62,458 nucleotides of DNA, from the IMG/VR virus record IMGVR_UViG_3300035212_001239, positions 1 through 62,458 of that record. One strand, 5' to 3'. Position 1 is the first letter of the stretch, and every line of letters starts with the position of its first letter. Made by a program: the position numbers and the translations under genes. Below, in pieces: positions 53,414-62,458 of the stretch. The DNA comes from a virus (taxonomy: Duplodnaviria > Caudoviricetes). The notes below the pieces were generated by a model. The model searched no databases. It saw nothing but the letters and a program-made list of their open reading frames with translations, and had not been told where the DNA came from.

Positions 53414-53745
53414 AACCTGAAGCACAAAGAATCGCCATCGCCAAGGCTTGCGGGTGGAGGTGGGTAACCATACACCAGCAAGAAGGTCTTTGCGACGATG
53501 TCAGGGGATACCCACCGGGTGTAAACTACGTAGGCCTGAATGTGCGCTATGTTCCCGACTACCTCAACGACCTCAACGCGATGCACGAAGCGGTCGAAAC
53601 CCTGCGCGGGCTGGATGGTCCTCAGTGGTTCGACTTCCAGCGGACGCTCATGATCGAGTGCGGTTCGTGGATGAACTGCATACAGGCTACCGCAGCCCAA
53701 CGCGCCGAAGCCTTCCTCCGAACGCTCAACCTCTGGAAGCCATGA
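53410..53745 (+). CDS. Phage ABA-sandwich-like protein
   Basis: IAIAKACGW..PDYLNDLNAMHEA..ATAAQRAEAFLRT. Confidence 0.6.
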   Translation: MKPEAQRIAIAKACGWRWVTIHQQEGLCDDVRGYPPGVNYVGLNVRYVPDYLNDLNAMHEAVETLRGLDGPQWFDFQRTLMIECGSWMNCIQATAAQRAEAFLRTLNLWKP

Positions 53746-54053
53746 AACGCTGCCCCAAATGTCAGATCAATAGAAACTGGTCATCTGCGGATTGCCCGAT
53801 ATGCGCCACTTGGCTTGAAGACCTCGACATCCCGTCATTGACCGACAACGCGCCCGAGGCCGTCAACCACCCGGACCACTACAACGCGTCGCCCATCGAG
53901 TGCATTGACGCGATCGAAGCCGCGCTGACTCCCGAGGAGTTCCGCGGGTTCATCAAGGGCAACGTCCTGAAATACGTCTGGCGCGAGAAGCACAAGGCAG
54001 GCGACCAGGATCTCGCCAAAGCCGCATGGTATGTGAACCGCTTGAAGAAATGA
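53742..54053 (+). CDS. DUF3310 protein (T7 gp1.7-like)
   Basis: VNHPDHY..IECIDAI..GFIKGNVLKYVWR..K..QDLAKAAWY. Confidence 0.85.
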   Translation: MKRCPKCQINRNWSSADCPICATWLEDLDIPSLTDNAPEAVNHPDHYNASPIECIDAIEAALTPEEFRGFIKGNVLKYVWREKHKAGDQDLAKAAWYVNRLKK

Positions 54054-54244
54054 CCGACCGACCTACGCCGGAGACGGATGAGTTTGCATCCATGTGGAGG
54101 ACGCATCAGGAGTGGAAAATCCACGCCCGACACATCGAACGCCAACGCGACGACGCCCTTGAGCAGCTCGCCGCGATGACCGACCAGCGCGACGCCGCGC
54201 TGATGGTGATCCGGCTGGCACAACGAACCGCAGGGGAGGACTGA
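54050..54244 (+). CDS. Hypothetical protein
   Basis: MTDRPTPETD..ARHIERQRD, 64 aa. Confidence 0.6.
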   Translation: MTDRPTPETDEFASMWRTHQEWKIHARHIERQRDDALEQLAAMTDQRDAALMVIRLAQRTAGED

Positions 54245-54450
54245 TGGGCTACTTCATGATGCCCCAGGCGATCGGACATGAGCTGACTCTGGTCGCCCGC
54301 GAGGCGGCTCGGGTTTTCGTCAAGGCCCACGGCGTGCCCACCGGCCAGCTCGGCATGGAGATCGACGAGACCCGCCGGGTGATCCGGGTCACCGACAAGA
54401 CCCGCGAGATCACCGAGATGTTCACCTTCGCCGAGCTGGGCTTCCTTTAG
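54244..54450 (+). CDS. Hypothetical protein
   Basis: 68 aa; last plus-strand gene, stop overlaps that of the giant ORF. Confidence 0.6.
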   Translation: MGYFMMPQAIGHELTLVAREAARVFVKAHGVPTGQLGMEIDETRRVIRVTDKTREITEMFTFAELGFL

Positions 54451-57400
54451 AACGACGACAGCGGCTTCGGCTTCGGCAGCTTGTATACCGGTTCCCGCTT
54501 CTCCTCCTCGTAGCGGGACTGGTCGATGAAGAACTCTCCGGGCGTGATGCCGAAGGGTTCGAGGATCTTGCCCGTGAAAATGTCCTGCTCGATGACCGTC
54601 CCCTTCTCCTCGCCTCCATAGGTGTTGGCGCTGTAGCCGACGAACCCGAGCAGGCCCGCCGCCACGCCAGGGGCCAGCCCAAGCTCCCGCATCGAGGCGT
54701 AGGTTTCCGCCATCGACATCGGGATGTAGGAGCCAAGGATCTCGGTTTCAAGAGCGAACTTGTTGCCGACCACGTCCTGCTCATCCATGAAGTTGACGAT
54801 CGACCCGGCGACCGGTGACAGCTTGGTGCGCAGCAGGCGGACGGTTTCGGTGAGCCGATTCTGACCGAACTTGCGTTCGATGGCTCCTGATATTGCCACC
54901 TTCTCGCCTTCCGCGTTGACCTTCTCGCCCGATACGAAGCGCGAGATGAAGACCACGTTCTGAAGCAGGCCCGCCATCGGGTCGATGCGGGTGTTGGCAA
55001 TCTTGATCTTCCCGAAGTCGCTGGAGCGCGGGTCGATGACCACCTCGAACTCCTCGTCGTCCCAGCCGAAGCCGAACTTCGCCAGCGCAATCAGGCTGTA
55101 GAAAACTCCGACGCCTGCGATCAACCGCCCATACTCGCCCGCGACGATCTTCCGCGCTGCGCGGGTTTCATCTTTCCCGAGACGGAACCCGGTCATCGCG
55201 TCGAGCGGATGGTAGACCAACCCGCCGAGGACTTGGAGTCGGCTCCACCAATACTTCGGCGAGAAGAACACTGCGGCGAACGCGGCGGCGGAAGCCTCCA
55301 TCTTGCCGAGGTTGCCGCGACCGGTCATCGTGTTGACGTGCGAGGCGATGCGCTGGAGGTTGGCTTCGGTCTGCTCGGTGGCGGACAAGGTTTCGACCAG
55401 CTTGTTGAAGTAGCTGAAGCGAACCGTGTTGAGGTAGGTCACGTAGGCACGCTCGGATGCTCCGACGCCGGGGATCTTCTTGGCCAGACGGCTGCGGTAG
55501 ACCTCCTCACGGTCGGACAAGCTGCTGCCGGGACGCCACGAGGTGAGAGCGAGCTTGGAAGCCAGCGCACGGGCGTAGTTGGGATCGCTCTCCAGCGCGG
55601 CCTCGTAGCGCGACGCGGACTTCTCGCTGAAGGCGAAGTTTGCAGCCATATTTCCGAACGTGATACCGGGGCGCATGAAGTTGACGAGACCCCCCTGACG
55701 ACCGAAAGCACCGGCATCGAACGATGTCAGCATCGCCCGCGACACGCCGAACACGACATCCGTGGTGTTATCGAAGATCTTCTTCCCGAGGCTGCGCTGC
55801 GCCAACTCGGCTTGCAGCAGGTCGTCGTTGAACTTCGACTCCAGCTCCTTCTTGCGCTTGAGCAGCGCGTCCCGCGTCGCGTAGTTGGGCGGCGAGGACT
55901 TCACCGGCTTGCCGTAGTCCTTCGTGCGGATGCGCTTCTCCAGATTCAGGATCTTGCGCTGGAGCATCGCTTGGTCGCGGTTGATGGCGATCTCCTCGGG
56001 CGTGCGCTTCGGCATCTTCATCTGCCGCAGGTCGGCCATCACCTTGTTGAGCAGGTCACGACTGGCGCGGAGCTTGACGATGTCGGGGTCGCTGGCGAAC
56101 GGATCGCTCTTCGACCGGGTCGAGAGGTCGCCATCCACGATCTTGCGGGTGATCTCGATGACGGACTTCTCCAGCGCCTTGACGGCAGCCTGCTTGCGCT
56201 TGTCGATCCGCGCCGGGTCGCTCTCCCGCAGCACCGCCACGGCGTCGCGCAGGGCGTCCCGCTGGTCGATGAGCGCGAGCATCTCGGCATCCGGCGTGTA
56301 TTTCTTCCCAGGGGCGGGCTTCGCGATGCCTGCGATGATCTCCTTGTAACGCTCGATGCTCGCCTCGATCGCTCGGGTCGCCTTCTCGTAGGCAGCGACG
56401 GCCTCGTCCTTCGTCGGACGCAGGCTCTCAGCCAGTGCCCGCCGCTGGTCGCGCAGGGCATCGAGACGTGCTTGCAGTTCGGCCATCTGCGGGGTCCAGC
56501 GACCCATGCGGATGTCGCGCTGGCGGGCGGTGAGACCGGCGGCAAGCAGCGCCTCTTCCTCCTTGATGCGCTTCTCCAGCGAGGCGAGGTCGCGCTCGTA
56601 TTTCTTCAAGTCCTCGGACTTCTTCGGCTTGGCGGCTTTCTGCCGTTCGCGCCGGTCGGCCTTGAGCTGATCGAGCTGCGCCTTGAGGCGGACCAGCTCC
56701 GGGGTCATCGGACCCATCTTCACGTCGCGGGCACGCTGGAGCAGGCCCTCGGCGAGCAGCTTGCGCTCCTCGGCGATGCGGCGGTCCAGCAGCTTCTCGG
56801 CGCGTTCGAGCTGCTGCTCCTGGGTGAGACCCGGAGCCTTGAAGATCGCGTCGTAGTCGGCCTTGCGGTCGTCCCGGCGCTGCTTCAGCCGCTTGGCCTC
56901 CTCGTCATACTCGGTCTGCGACTGGTAGGCGGGGCGCGGGATGCGGCTCGTCACCGCCTTGTCGAGATCCTCGAACTCGTTGCGCAGCCGGGTCTTGATC
57001 GCATCGAGCGTGTTCTTGCGCTGACCATCGGCATTGGTCGGCTGGATCTTCAGCCGCTTCATCGTGTCGCGCACCTCTTTCTCCAGATCGCGGACAGCTT
57101 GGATCGCCGGGTCGCGCTGCATCCCCGTCTTGAGCGGAGGGAGCCCGCGCTGGGCATCTTCAAGCTGCGACTGGAGACGAGCCAGCGCCCGGTAGTCGCG
57201 GGCCTTTTTGGCGTCCTCGGCAGGGTCCGGCTTGGTCGGGTTGCCGTAGTTCGAGTAGGCGACGTGGAGCTGACGGCGATCGAGGTCCGGGTAGATCACC
57301 TTGAGGTCGGCAAGCACGGCATCCATGACGCCGTCGAAGGTCGCACCCTCCACGTCCTCGTTGATGTAGTGGCGGACGAGCTGGTAGATCGCCTTGCCGT

Positions 57401-60400
57401 CGAGCGGAGCGTCCTTGTCGATGGCGCTCAGGATGTCCTCCTTCGGCTTCACCCGGCTCGATGGTGCCGCCGTCTCGTAGAGTTCCTGCGATTTTGCGAA
57501 GATGTCAGCGGCGAAGGGGGCATACTTTCGCCCGAGGTCTTTCACGAGTTTGGCAGTGAAAGATCCAACGGTGTTGAACCCCTTTGCGATGTAGGAGACC
57601 CCGATGATCACCATGTCCCCAAAATCGGTCACTGGAAGAGCGTTCAACCGGCCCTCCTGCTTGCGTGCAGCCATCCGGGCGCGAGCCGCTTCAGCAGCCC
57701 TCTCGATGACGCTCATCGGCTTCTCGCCGCGCTTCTTGGCGTCCTTCAGCTCCTTCTTGAACTCGACTTGGATATTCAGCGTGAGCTGCTCGGCTGCCTG
57801 CCTGTCGATCTCAGCGTTTGCGATTTCGAGTTCTAGGCGAATGGCATCCAACTGCTTGTGCAGCTCGACGAGTTCCTTGGTCTGATCGGCGGACAGCGCC
57901 TTGCCGCCCTGGGCCTTGACCTTCATCGCCGCCAAGCGACCGAAGGAGAAGTCCTGGTGGACGAGGATCTTGCGGGCCTGCAATGCGCGGCCTTCGATGG
58001 TGCCGATCCGCTCCGCCGCCACAATCGCATCTCGCCTCGCCGATTCGGCAAGCTGCACGGCTTTGAGGTTATTCGCGGTAGGCGTCCGGTTGTAGATGTC
58101 CAACGCCTTGTCGAGTGCGTTCTCACGAACCAGCAGCTCGTGGGTGAACAGCGACGTTTCCACCGGGTCGATGGACCTCGGGCTTTTCGTGAGCTGATCG
58201 ACCAGCACGGCACCGGCGTTCGGGTCGCCGTCGAGGATCTCCATCGCGGCGTCCCACGCCTGCTCGTTGCCGAGGCGAGCCTGATCGGCCCGTGGCGGCA
58301 TCCCCCGGCGAGCACGCATCTGATCGGTCATCACGTTGGCCGTGCCGACCGCACCTTCCGGGATCTCCGCAGCGGGTGCAGGTGCCGCAGGCTCGGCAGG
58401 CGGCGGGGTCGCGGTTGCTGCCGGTGCGGGTGCGGGTGCGGGTGCGGGTGCGGGTGCGGGTGCCGGTGCGGGCGGCGGGGTCGCGGTTGCTGCCGGTGCG
58501 GGTGCGGGTGCAGGTGCAGGTGCCGTAGCAGCACGCTGCATGTTCCGAGTCACCAGCTTGTCCATCACCGCCCGGACTTCGGGACTGATGTCGATGTCGA
58601 TCGGCGAGCCCGCGATGCGGCCGTAGATGTCGCCGAGCCACTTGGCGAACTTATCGAAAGCCGCTTGAAGCGCAGCCACGGGGGCCTTGCCGTCAGCGAG
58701 GTAGCGTTCCCAACCCCGCGCCCACTTCTCTTCAGCTTCGACGGACCACTTTCCATCCTTGGCACCGGCCCACTGCTCCACTGTCTGGATGTCCTCCTCC
58801 GTGATGCCCTCGACCGGCGCGTCGCGGTTGAGGAGTTGGCGACGGATCAAGTGGGCAAACTCGTGTGCTGCGGTGGACACGTCCGGGCTTTGCAGACCCC
58901 GGATGAGCGTGCGGCCATCCTGAAGGAACTCGATGGAACCCTTGTTTCCTTGTCGGTCTTGGAACAGAACCCCCGGCCCATTCTGAAGTCCGCGAGGACG
59001 CGGCTGCATCGCCGGGTTTCGGACGAAAACTCGGGAGCCGACCATGATGGCTTCCTCCCCTCCGGTAACCGCTTGCTTGGATCGGACATCCACGAAGAAA
59101 CTGGACCGAATCGGATTGTAAGCCACTTCGGTCCACACCAACGGATCACCGATGTTTGCGGGAAGCTCGGTGATCGGAGAATTGTTTCCTTTGACGGTGG
59201 CCAGAGGGAATTTCCCTGCGCCTTGGGCGATCTCGATAGCCTCTCCTTTACCTGAGATGGCGCGGGTCATCATTCTCGGGTTCGTCACCCGGGCCACTCC
59301 CACATACGAGATCGGTTCACCGACCCGCTTTGCCGAGTCAGGAACCGGCTCGTGGGCGGTGACCGCGTAGACCGTGTCCCCTGCCGCTGTGGACTTGTTG
59401 TAGGTGGGGATGTCGATTCGGAACTCTACCTCTTTCCCACTAGGAATCGGCGCGTTGACCTTGTTCCGTTTGTCAGAGGCGATGTAGGTTTTAATCTTTT
59501 CTTCCGATGGGATGGTCTCCCCGCCTTTGACTTGGAACGGGTCCAACTGATCTACCAGATCCGCGTATTCCCCAGCGGTGATTTGCCCGTTTGCCAGTCG
59601 GACAGCGGCTACCGCCAATACTGGACTTCTGGCGGTAACCTTGTTGGACGACGCTTTCTCGAAGGCTTTGGTTTCCTCAGGCGTTGCCGGAGTGTAGTTG
59701 GCTTCACCCTGGAACAAGATGCTCGGACTCTCCGGGTTGAACCGCTCGCTCAAGGGAATCACCGAACCGTCGGGACGGCGGGTGACGGGGTCGGCGGACT
59801 TGATCTGTTCAGGATAGAGAGCGATGTAAGCGGTTCGACCATCTCGACCCCATCCGGCTTCGGATTCAAAAGCGATTGAGTAAACCACGCTGTCGTATCC
59901 AGCAGCCTCCAAGGCGTCGCGAACACGTCGTCCAACTTTCAGAGCTGTCGCACGCGGCTTCTGCTCCCATTGTTGGAAGACTTTGTCGTAGTCGAATCCT
60001 GCGAACTCCAAAAGCTCCCGCTCAGTGACGGGGCGGTTTGCTTCTTTTGCATCCCTGAAAGCCTCATACGCGGCTTTGGCCTCGGCTTTTGCTGCTTTCA
60101 GTTCTGCTGGGATTTCCGGTTGAGGCCCCAGCAGATCTTTGATGTCTCCCGATTTCTTGTAGGCAGCCAAGTTCGCCTCCAACTCCTCCTTGGTTGGGTA
60201 GGGCTTCGACTGAGAGAACTTCTGGTCTTCGACCTTTTCACGGGCGTAAGCCTCTTCTGACGCTTTCTCCAACTCTGATAGAAGATCCGTCGCTTCACCC
60301 TGACCTACCCGAAGAGGGTTTTTCAGACGGAGTTTCAGGTCCATCACTCGACCGTTTTTCGCGTCGTAGAGTTCCTGAGCAAACTTCTCAGCGACTCCGC

Positions 60401-62458
60401 GCTGCTTCGAGAAATGGGAGCCAATGAATGCGTTCGGGTCGGCGGTCTTCCCGCCCCGCAGACTTCTCTCAGTCTCGAACTCGGTGAACTCCGGGGCATC
60501 GGTGCCGTGGAAAGCCTCCACGTCATACCCCGCAGCCCGCGCAGCTTCGTCCACCATCTGCTGCGCCTTGGTCATGTCGCCAGCCTCGACAGCGGCAAGA
60601 TACTCTGCGTCCCGTGCTGCTGCCTCCTGCGACAAAGCCCCGACCCCAGGGCTTCCGCCTCGGGTCATCACGACATTGGACACGTCCAGCCCAGACGCTT
60701 GGATCAGCACATCAACCGCTTCGGCCTGCTCTGGAGTGACTCCCAAAGTCTCGACCATTGCGTCCTTCGAGTAGGGTGCGGGTGCCGCAGCCTCCGCCTC
60801 GTTGTAGAACCCGGGGTTCTCCTGCGCGACGCGGAACGCCTCGACCTCGGCAGGGTCCACGCCAGCCAGCGAGCCAGGGGTCGCCGTGACGCTCTCGGCG
60901 AAGAAATCCTCGGTGACCTTAGTGCTGTTGAGCGGGCCGCGACCTTTCAGCACGAACTGGGATGTCTGGGTGTCGCCTTCGGCAACCTCGGCTTCAGTCG
61001 CGGTGTATTCGACGCCGCCGATCGTGAAGCGGTCACCGGGGCGGACTTCCGCCAGATCGACGACCTGGGTGTCTTCGGAAGCGGCAAGCTTCAGTTGCGC
61101 CTCGGCAAACGCGAGAGATGCGTCTTCCTCCTGCTGGAGCTGCTTCTCCATTCGGGTGTCGTAGTCCTCTTGCGAAACGACTTTTCCATCCGAGAGATCC
61201 TTGATGGCTTGAACTATGTCATCGGCGGAATACTGCCCGGTGCTATACATGGACCCCGTTTCCACCCCTTTTGCGTATTTGGTATTCAGGGATTCAACGA
61301 CATCCTCGATAGTCCGTGCGTTCGGGTTGCGGGTAAAGATGCGAGATTGAACAGTTGCCGAGAGTCGGTTTTCGACCAACCCCTCGTAATCTACCGGCAT
61401 CTCTTCCTTTGCGTCCTTAAAGGACGAGATGCTGCGAATCGGTGATTCGAGAATCTTCTCACCGATCTCGGTCTGCCGGAACTTCTCGATGACGGGGATC
61501 TCCTCGGCGGCTTTCTGGCCTTTATAGTAGAGCGCCTCCAGCACATCCTTAACATCCTGCGGCTGCGCGTCGAACAGTGCCCGCTCACGATCCGTGTCCG
61601 CTTCTTTCCGGCGTGGTGCCAGCCGCAGCATGACCCTGATGGAGTCCTTGTCCATCGGTCCAGTGTAGCCGCGCCCCTTCATCCACTTGGTCATCGCTGT
61701 GGTGACCGCCGGTGTCTCCAGTTTCGTGATCTCCTTGATGCGCCGCTCGTGCTTGTCCAACACCTTTGCGGCAGCCCGCTCCCGGTTTCGCTTGAGCCGC
61801 TCGTTGTTCCGGTCGATGCGGGCCTGATTGACCTTGGCCCTGGCGGCCTCGATGTCCGCACGCATCCCGAGCAGACGGCCCGCAGCCCGCCCGACCCGGT
61901 TGGCCTTCTCCTTCAGCTCCGTGACCTGGGCTTTGAACCGAGGCGACTCCGTGTTGACCGGCTGAGTCTCGGGATCGCGCTCGCGCAGCTCCTCGAACAC
62001 CTCGGCCATTCGAGGCTCCTGCTCGCGGAAGGTCTCCGCCGGGGGCTCCGCTACTTCTTGCGCACCTTGACCTTGCCGCTGTGCAGCTCCTTCTTCAGCT
62101 TGGACTGCTGGGCTTGCGACAGCGGGCTGCCCTTCGACAGGAGGTAGCCCACCTGCTTCTTCGACTTGGTTTTGTTCTTCATTAATTGTTGGGGTTGGTT
62201 CCAACCGGTTGCGAGGGACACGGGCCAAACCGCCGAATCCCGGAACATCTACTTGGTAGGTTCCATCGGGATTGACCCCGACAACCTTGGCTGGAAGACG
62301 GTCGCCGTTCTCCGCTTCGTAGGTTACTTCGGCAGCGGGTTCGAGGGGGGCTTGGGGGGAGACTGAAGGGGTTGCGGGTGCAGGTGCCGCCGGTGTAGGT
62401 GCCTGTTGAGCATTGTCGCGGGCGGCACGGATTCGCTGCAACCCAACGGCTGGGGTTT
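54447..62458 (-). CDS. Giant polyvalent virion protein, main part (ART-PolyVal-like, zincin HExxH, coiled coils, LPD38-like C-terminus)
   Basis: FHGT..F..F..GSHF..LRLKNP..GYDSV..PEQIKSAD (~60620-59700); STAAHEFAH..EEKWARGWERYL (~58950-58550); DPRSSDFGKIKI near the C-terminus; 5' end lies at 2843. Confidence 0.88.
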   Translation of the reverse strand, partial: TPAVGLQRIRAARDNAQQAPTPAAPAPATPSVSPQAPLEPAAEVTYEAENGDRLPAKVVGVNPDGTYQVDVPGFGGLARVPRNRLEPTPTINEEQNQVEEAGGLPPVEGQPAVASPAVQAEEGAAQRQGQGAQEVAEPPAETFREQEPRMAEVFEELRERDPETQPVNTESPRFKAQVTELKEKANRVGRAAGRLLGMRADIEAARAKVNQARIDRNNERLKRNRERAAAKVLDKHERRIKEITKLETPAVTTAMTKWMKGRGYTGPMDKDSIRVMLRLAPRRKEADTDRERALFDAQPQDVKDVLEALYYKGQKAAEEIPVIEKFRQTEIGEKILESPIRSISSFKDAKEEMPVDYEGLVENRLSATVQSRIFTRNPNARTIEDVVESLNTKYAKGVETGSMYSTGQYSADDIVQAIKDLSDGKVVSQEDYDTRMEKQLQQEEDASLAFAEAQLKLAASEDTQVVDLAEVRPGDRFTIGGVEYTATEAEVAEGDTQTSQFVLKGRGPLNSTKVTEDFFAESVTATPGSLAGVDPAEVEAFRVAQENPGFYNEAEAAAPAPYSKDAMVETLGVTPEQAEAVDVLIQASGLDVSNVVMTRGGSPGVGALSQEAAARDAEYLAAVEAGDMTKAQQMVDEAARAAGYDVEAFHGTDAPEFTEFETERSLRGGKTADPNAFIGSHFSKQRGVAEKFAQELYDAKNGRVMDLKLRLKNPLRVGQGEATDLLSELEKASEEAYAREKVEDQKFSQSKPYPTKEELEANLAAYKKSGDIKDLLGPQPEIPAELKAAKAEAKAAYEAFRDAKEANRPVTERELLEFAGFDYDKVFQQWEQKPRATALKVGRRVRDALEAAGYDSVVYSIAFESEAGWGRDGRTAYIALYPEQIKSADPVTRRPDGSVIPLSERFNPESPSILFQGEANYTPATPEETKAFEKASSNKVTARSPVLAVAAVRLANGQITAGEYADLVDQLDPFQVKGGETIPSEEKIKTYIASDKRNKVNAPIPSGKEVEFRIDIPTYNKSTAAGDTVYAVTAHEPVPDSAKRVGEPISYVGVARVTNPRMMTRAISGKGEAIEIAQGAGKFPLATVKGNNSPITELPANIGDPLVWTEVAYNPIRSSFFVDVRSKQAVTGGEEAIMVGSRVFVRNPAMQPRPRGLQNGPGVLFQDRQGNKGSIEFLQDGRTLIRGLQSPDVSTAAHEFAHLIRRQLLNRDAPVEGITEEDIQTVEQWAGAKDGKWSVEAEEKWARGWERYLADGKAPVAALQAAFDKFAKWLGDIYGRIAGSPIDIDISPEVRAVMDKLVTRNMQRAATAPAPAPAPAPAATATPPPAPAPAPAPAPAPAPAPAATATPPPAEPAAPAPAAEIPEGAVGTANVMTDQMRARRGMPPRADQARLGNEQAWDAAMEILDGDPNAGAVLVDQLTKSPRSIDPVETSLFTHELLVRENALDKALDIYNRTPTANNLKAVQLAESARRDAIVAAERIGTIEGRALQARKILVHQDFSFGRLAAMKVKAQGGKALSADQTKELVELHKQLDAIRLELEIANAEIDRQAAEQLTLNIQVEFKKELKDAKKRGEKPMSVIERAAEAARARMAARKQEGRLNALPVTDFGDMVIIGVSYIAKGFNTVGSFTAKLVKDLGRKYAPFAADIFAKSQELYETAAPSSRVKPKEDILSAIDKDAPLDGKAIYQLVRHYINEDVEGATFDGVMDAVLADLKVIYPDLDRRQLHVAYSNYGNPTKPDPAEDAKKARDYRALARLQSQLEDAQRGLPPLKTGMQRDPAIQAVRDLEKEVRDTMKRLKIQPTNADGQRKNTLDAIKTRLRNEFEDLDKAVTSRIPRPAYQSQTEYDEEAKRLKQRRDDRKADYDAIFKAPGLTQEQQLERAEKLLDRRIAEERKLLAEGLLQRARDVKMGPMTPELVRLKAQLDQLKADRRERQKAAKPKKSEDLKKYERDLASLEKRIKEEEALLAAGLTARQRDIRMGRWTPQMAELQARLDALRDQRRALAESLRPTKDEAVAAYEKATRAIEASIERYKEIIAGIAKPAPGKKYTPDAEMLALIDQRDALRDAVAVLRESDPARIDKRKQAAVKALEKSVIEITRKIVDGDLSTRSKSDPFASDPDIVKLRASRDLLNKVMADLRQMKMPKRTPEEIAINRDQAMLQRKILNLEKRIRTKDYGKPVKSSPPNYATRDALLKRKKELESKFNDDLLQAELAQRSLGKKIFDNTTDVVFGVSRAMLTSFDAGAFGRQGGLVNFMRPGITFGNMAANFAFSEKSASRYEAALESDPNYARALASKLALTSWRPGSSLSDREEVYRSRLAKKIPGVGASERAYVTYLNTVRFSYFNKLVETLSATEQTEANLQRIASHVNTMTGRGNLGKMEASAAAFAAVFFSPKYWWSRLQVLGGLVYHPLDAMTGFRLGKDETRAARKIVAGEYGRLIAGVGVFYSLIALAKFGFGWDDEEFEVVIDPRSSDFGKIKIANTRIDPMAGLLQNVVFISRFVSGEKVNAEGEKVAISGAIERKFGQNRLTETVRLLRTKLSPVAGSIVNFMDEQDVVGNKFALETEILGSYIPMSMAETYASMRELGLAPGVAAGLLGFVGYSANTYGGEEKGTVIEQDIFTGKILEPFGITPGEFFIDQSRYEEEKREPVYKLPKPKPLSSF
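62051..62182 (-). CDS. Overprinted small basic protein inside the giant ORF
   Basis: MKNKTKSKKQVGYLLSKGSPLSQAQQSKLKKELHSGKVKVRKK; the second copy starting at 106 differs only by a change that is silent in this frame. Confidence 0.55.
   Translation of the reverse strand: MKNKTKSKKQVGYLLSKGSPLSQAQQSKLKKELHSGKVKVRKK

Overview
The window is an essentially complete, circularly permuted ~62 kb GC-rich tailed-phage genome (podovirus-like architecture). I see no integrase, tRNA or CRISPR array. The host is not determinable from the sequence; a Verrucomicrobia-like host is a weak inference. The minus strand (1-35.0 kb and 54.4-62.5 kb) carries the late genes: putative TerS, tail fibres, lysis genes, TerL, portal, scaffold, a major capsid protein fused to a Calx-beta domain, tail adaptor/nozzle, ejection proteins and a ~3,535-aa polyvalent protein spanning the contig junction. 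The plus strand (35.8-54.4 kb) carries ~25 small early genes separated by repeated hairpins, then an APSE-like replication module (methyltransferase, primase-helicase, DUF2800 nuclease, SSB, PolA, VRR-NUC, SNF2 helicase). The most notable signals are: (1) an ERV/ALR-like sulfhydryl oxidase gene between TerL and portal together with Cys-rich virion proteins, suggesting a phage-encoded disulfide pathway; (2) an apparently split nozzle gene whose first half ends in a ~70-Ser tract followed by two glycosyltransferase genes, suggesting virion glycosylation; (3) a small gene overprinted in the giant protein, and two in-frame alleles of that protein at the contig ends. All family assignments come from motif recognition by eye; no searches were run.
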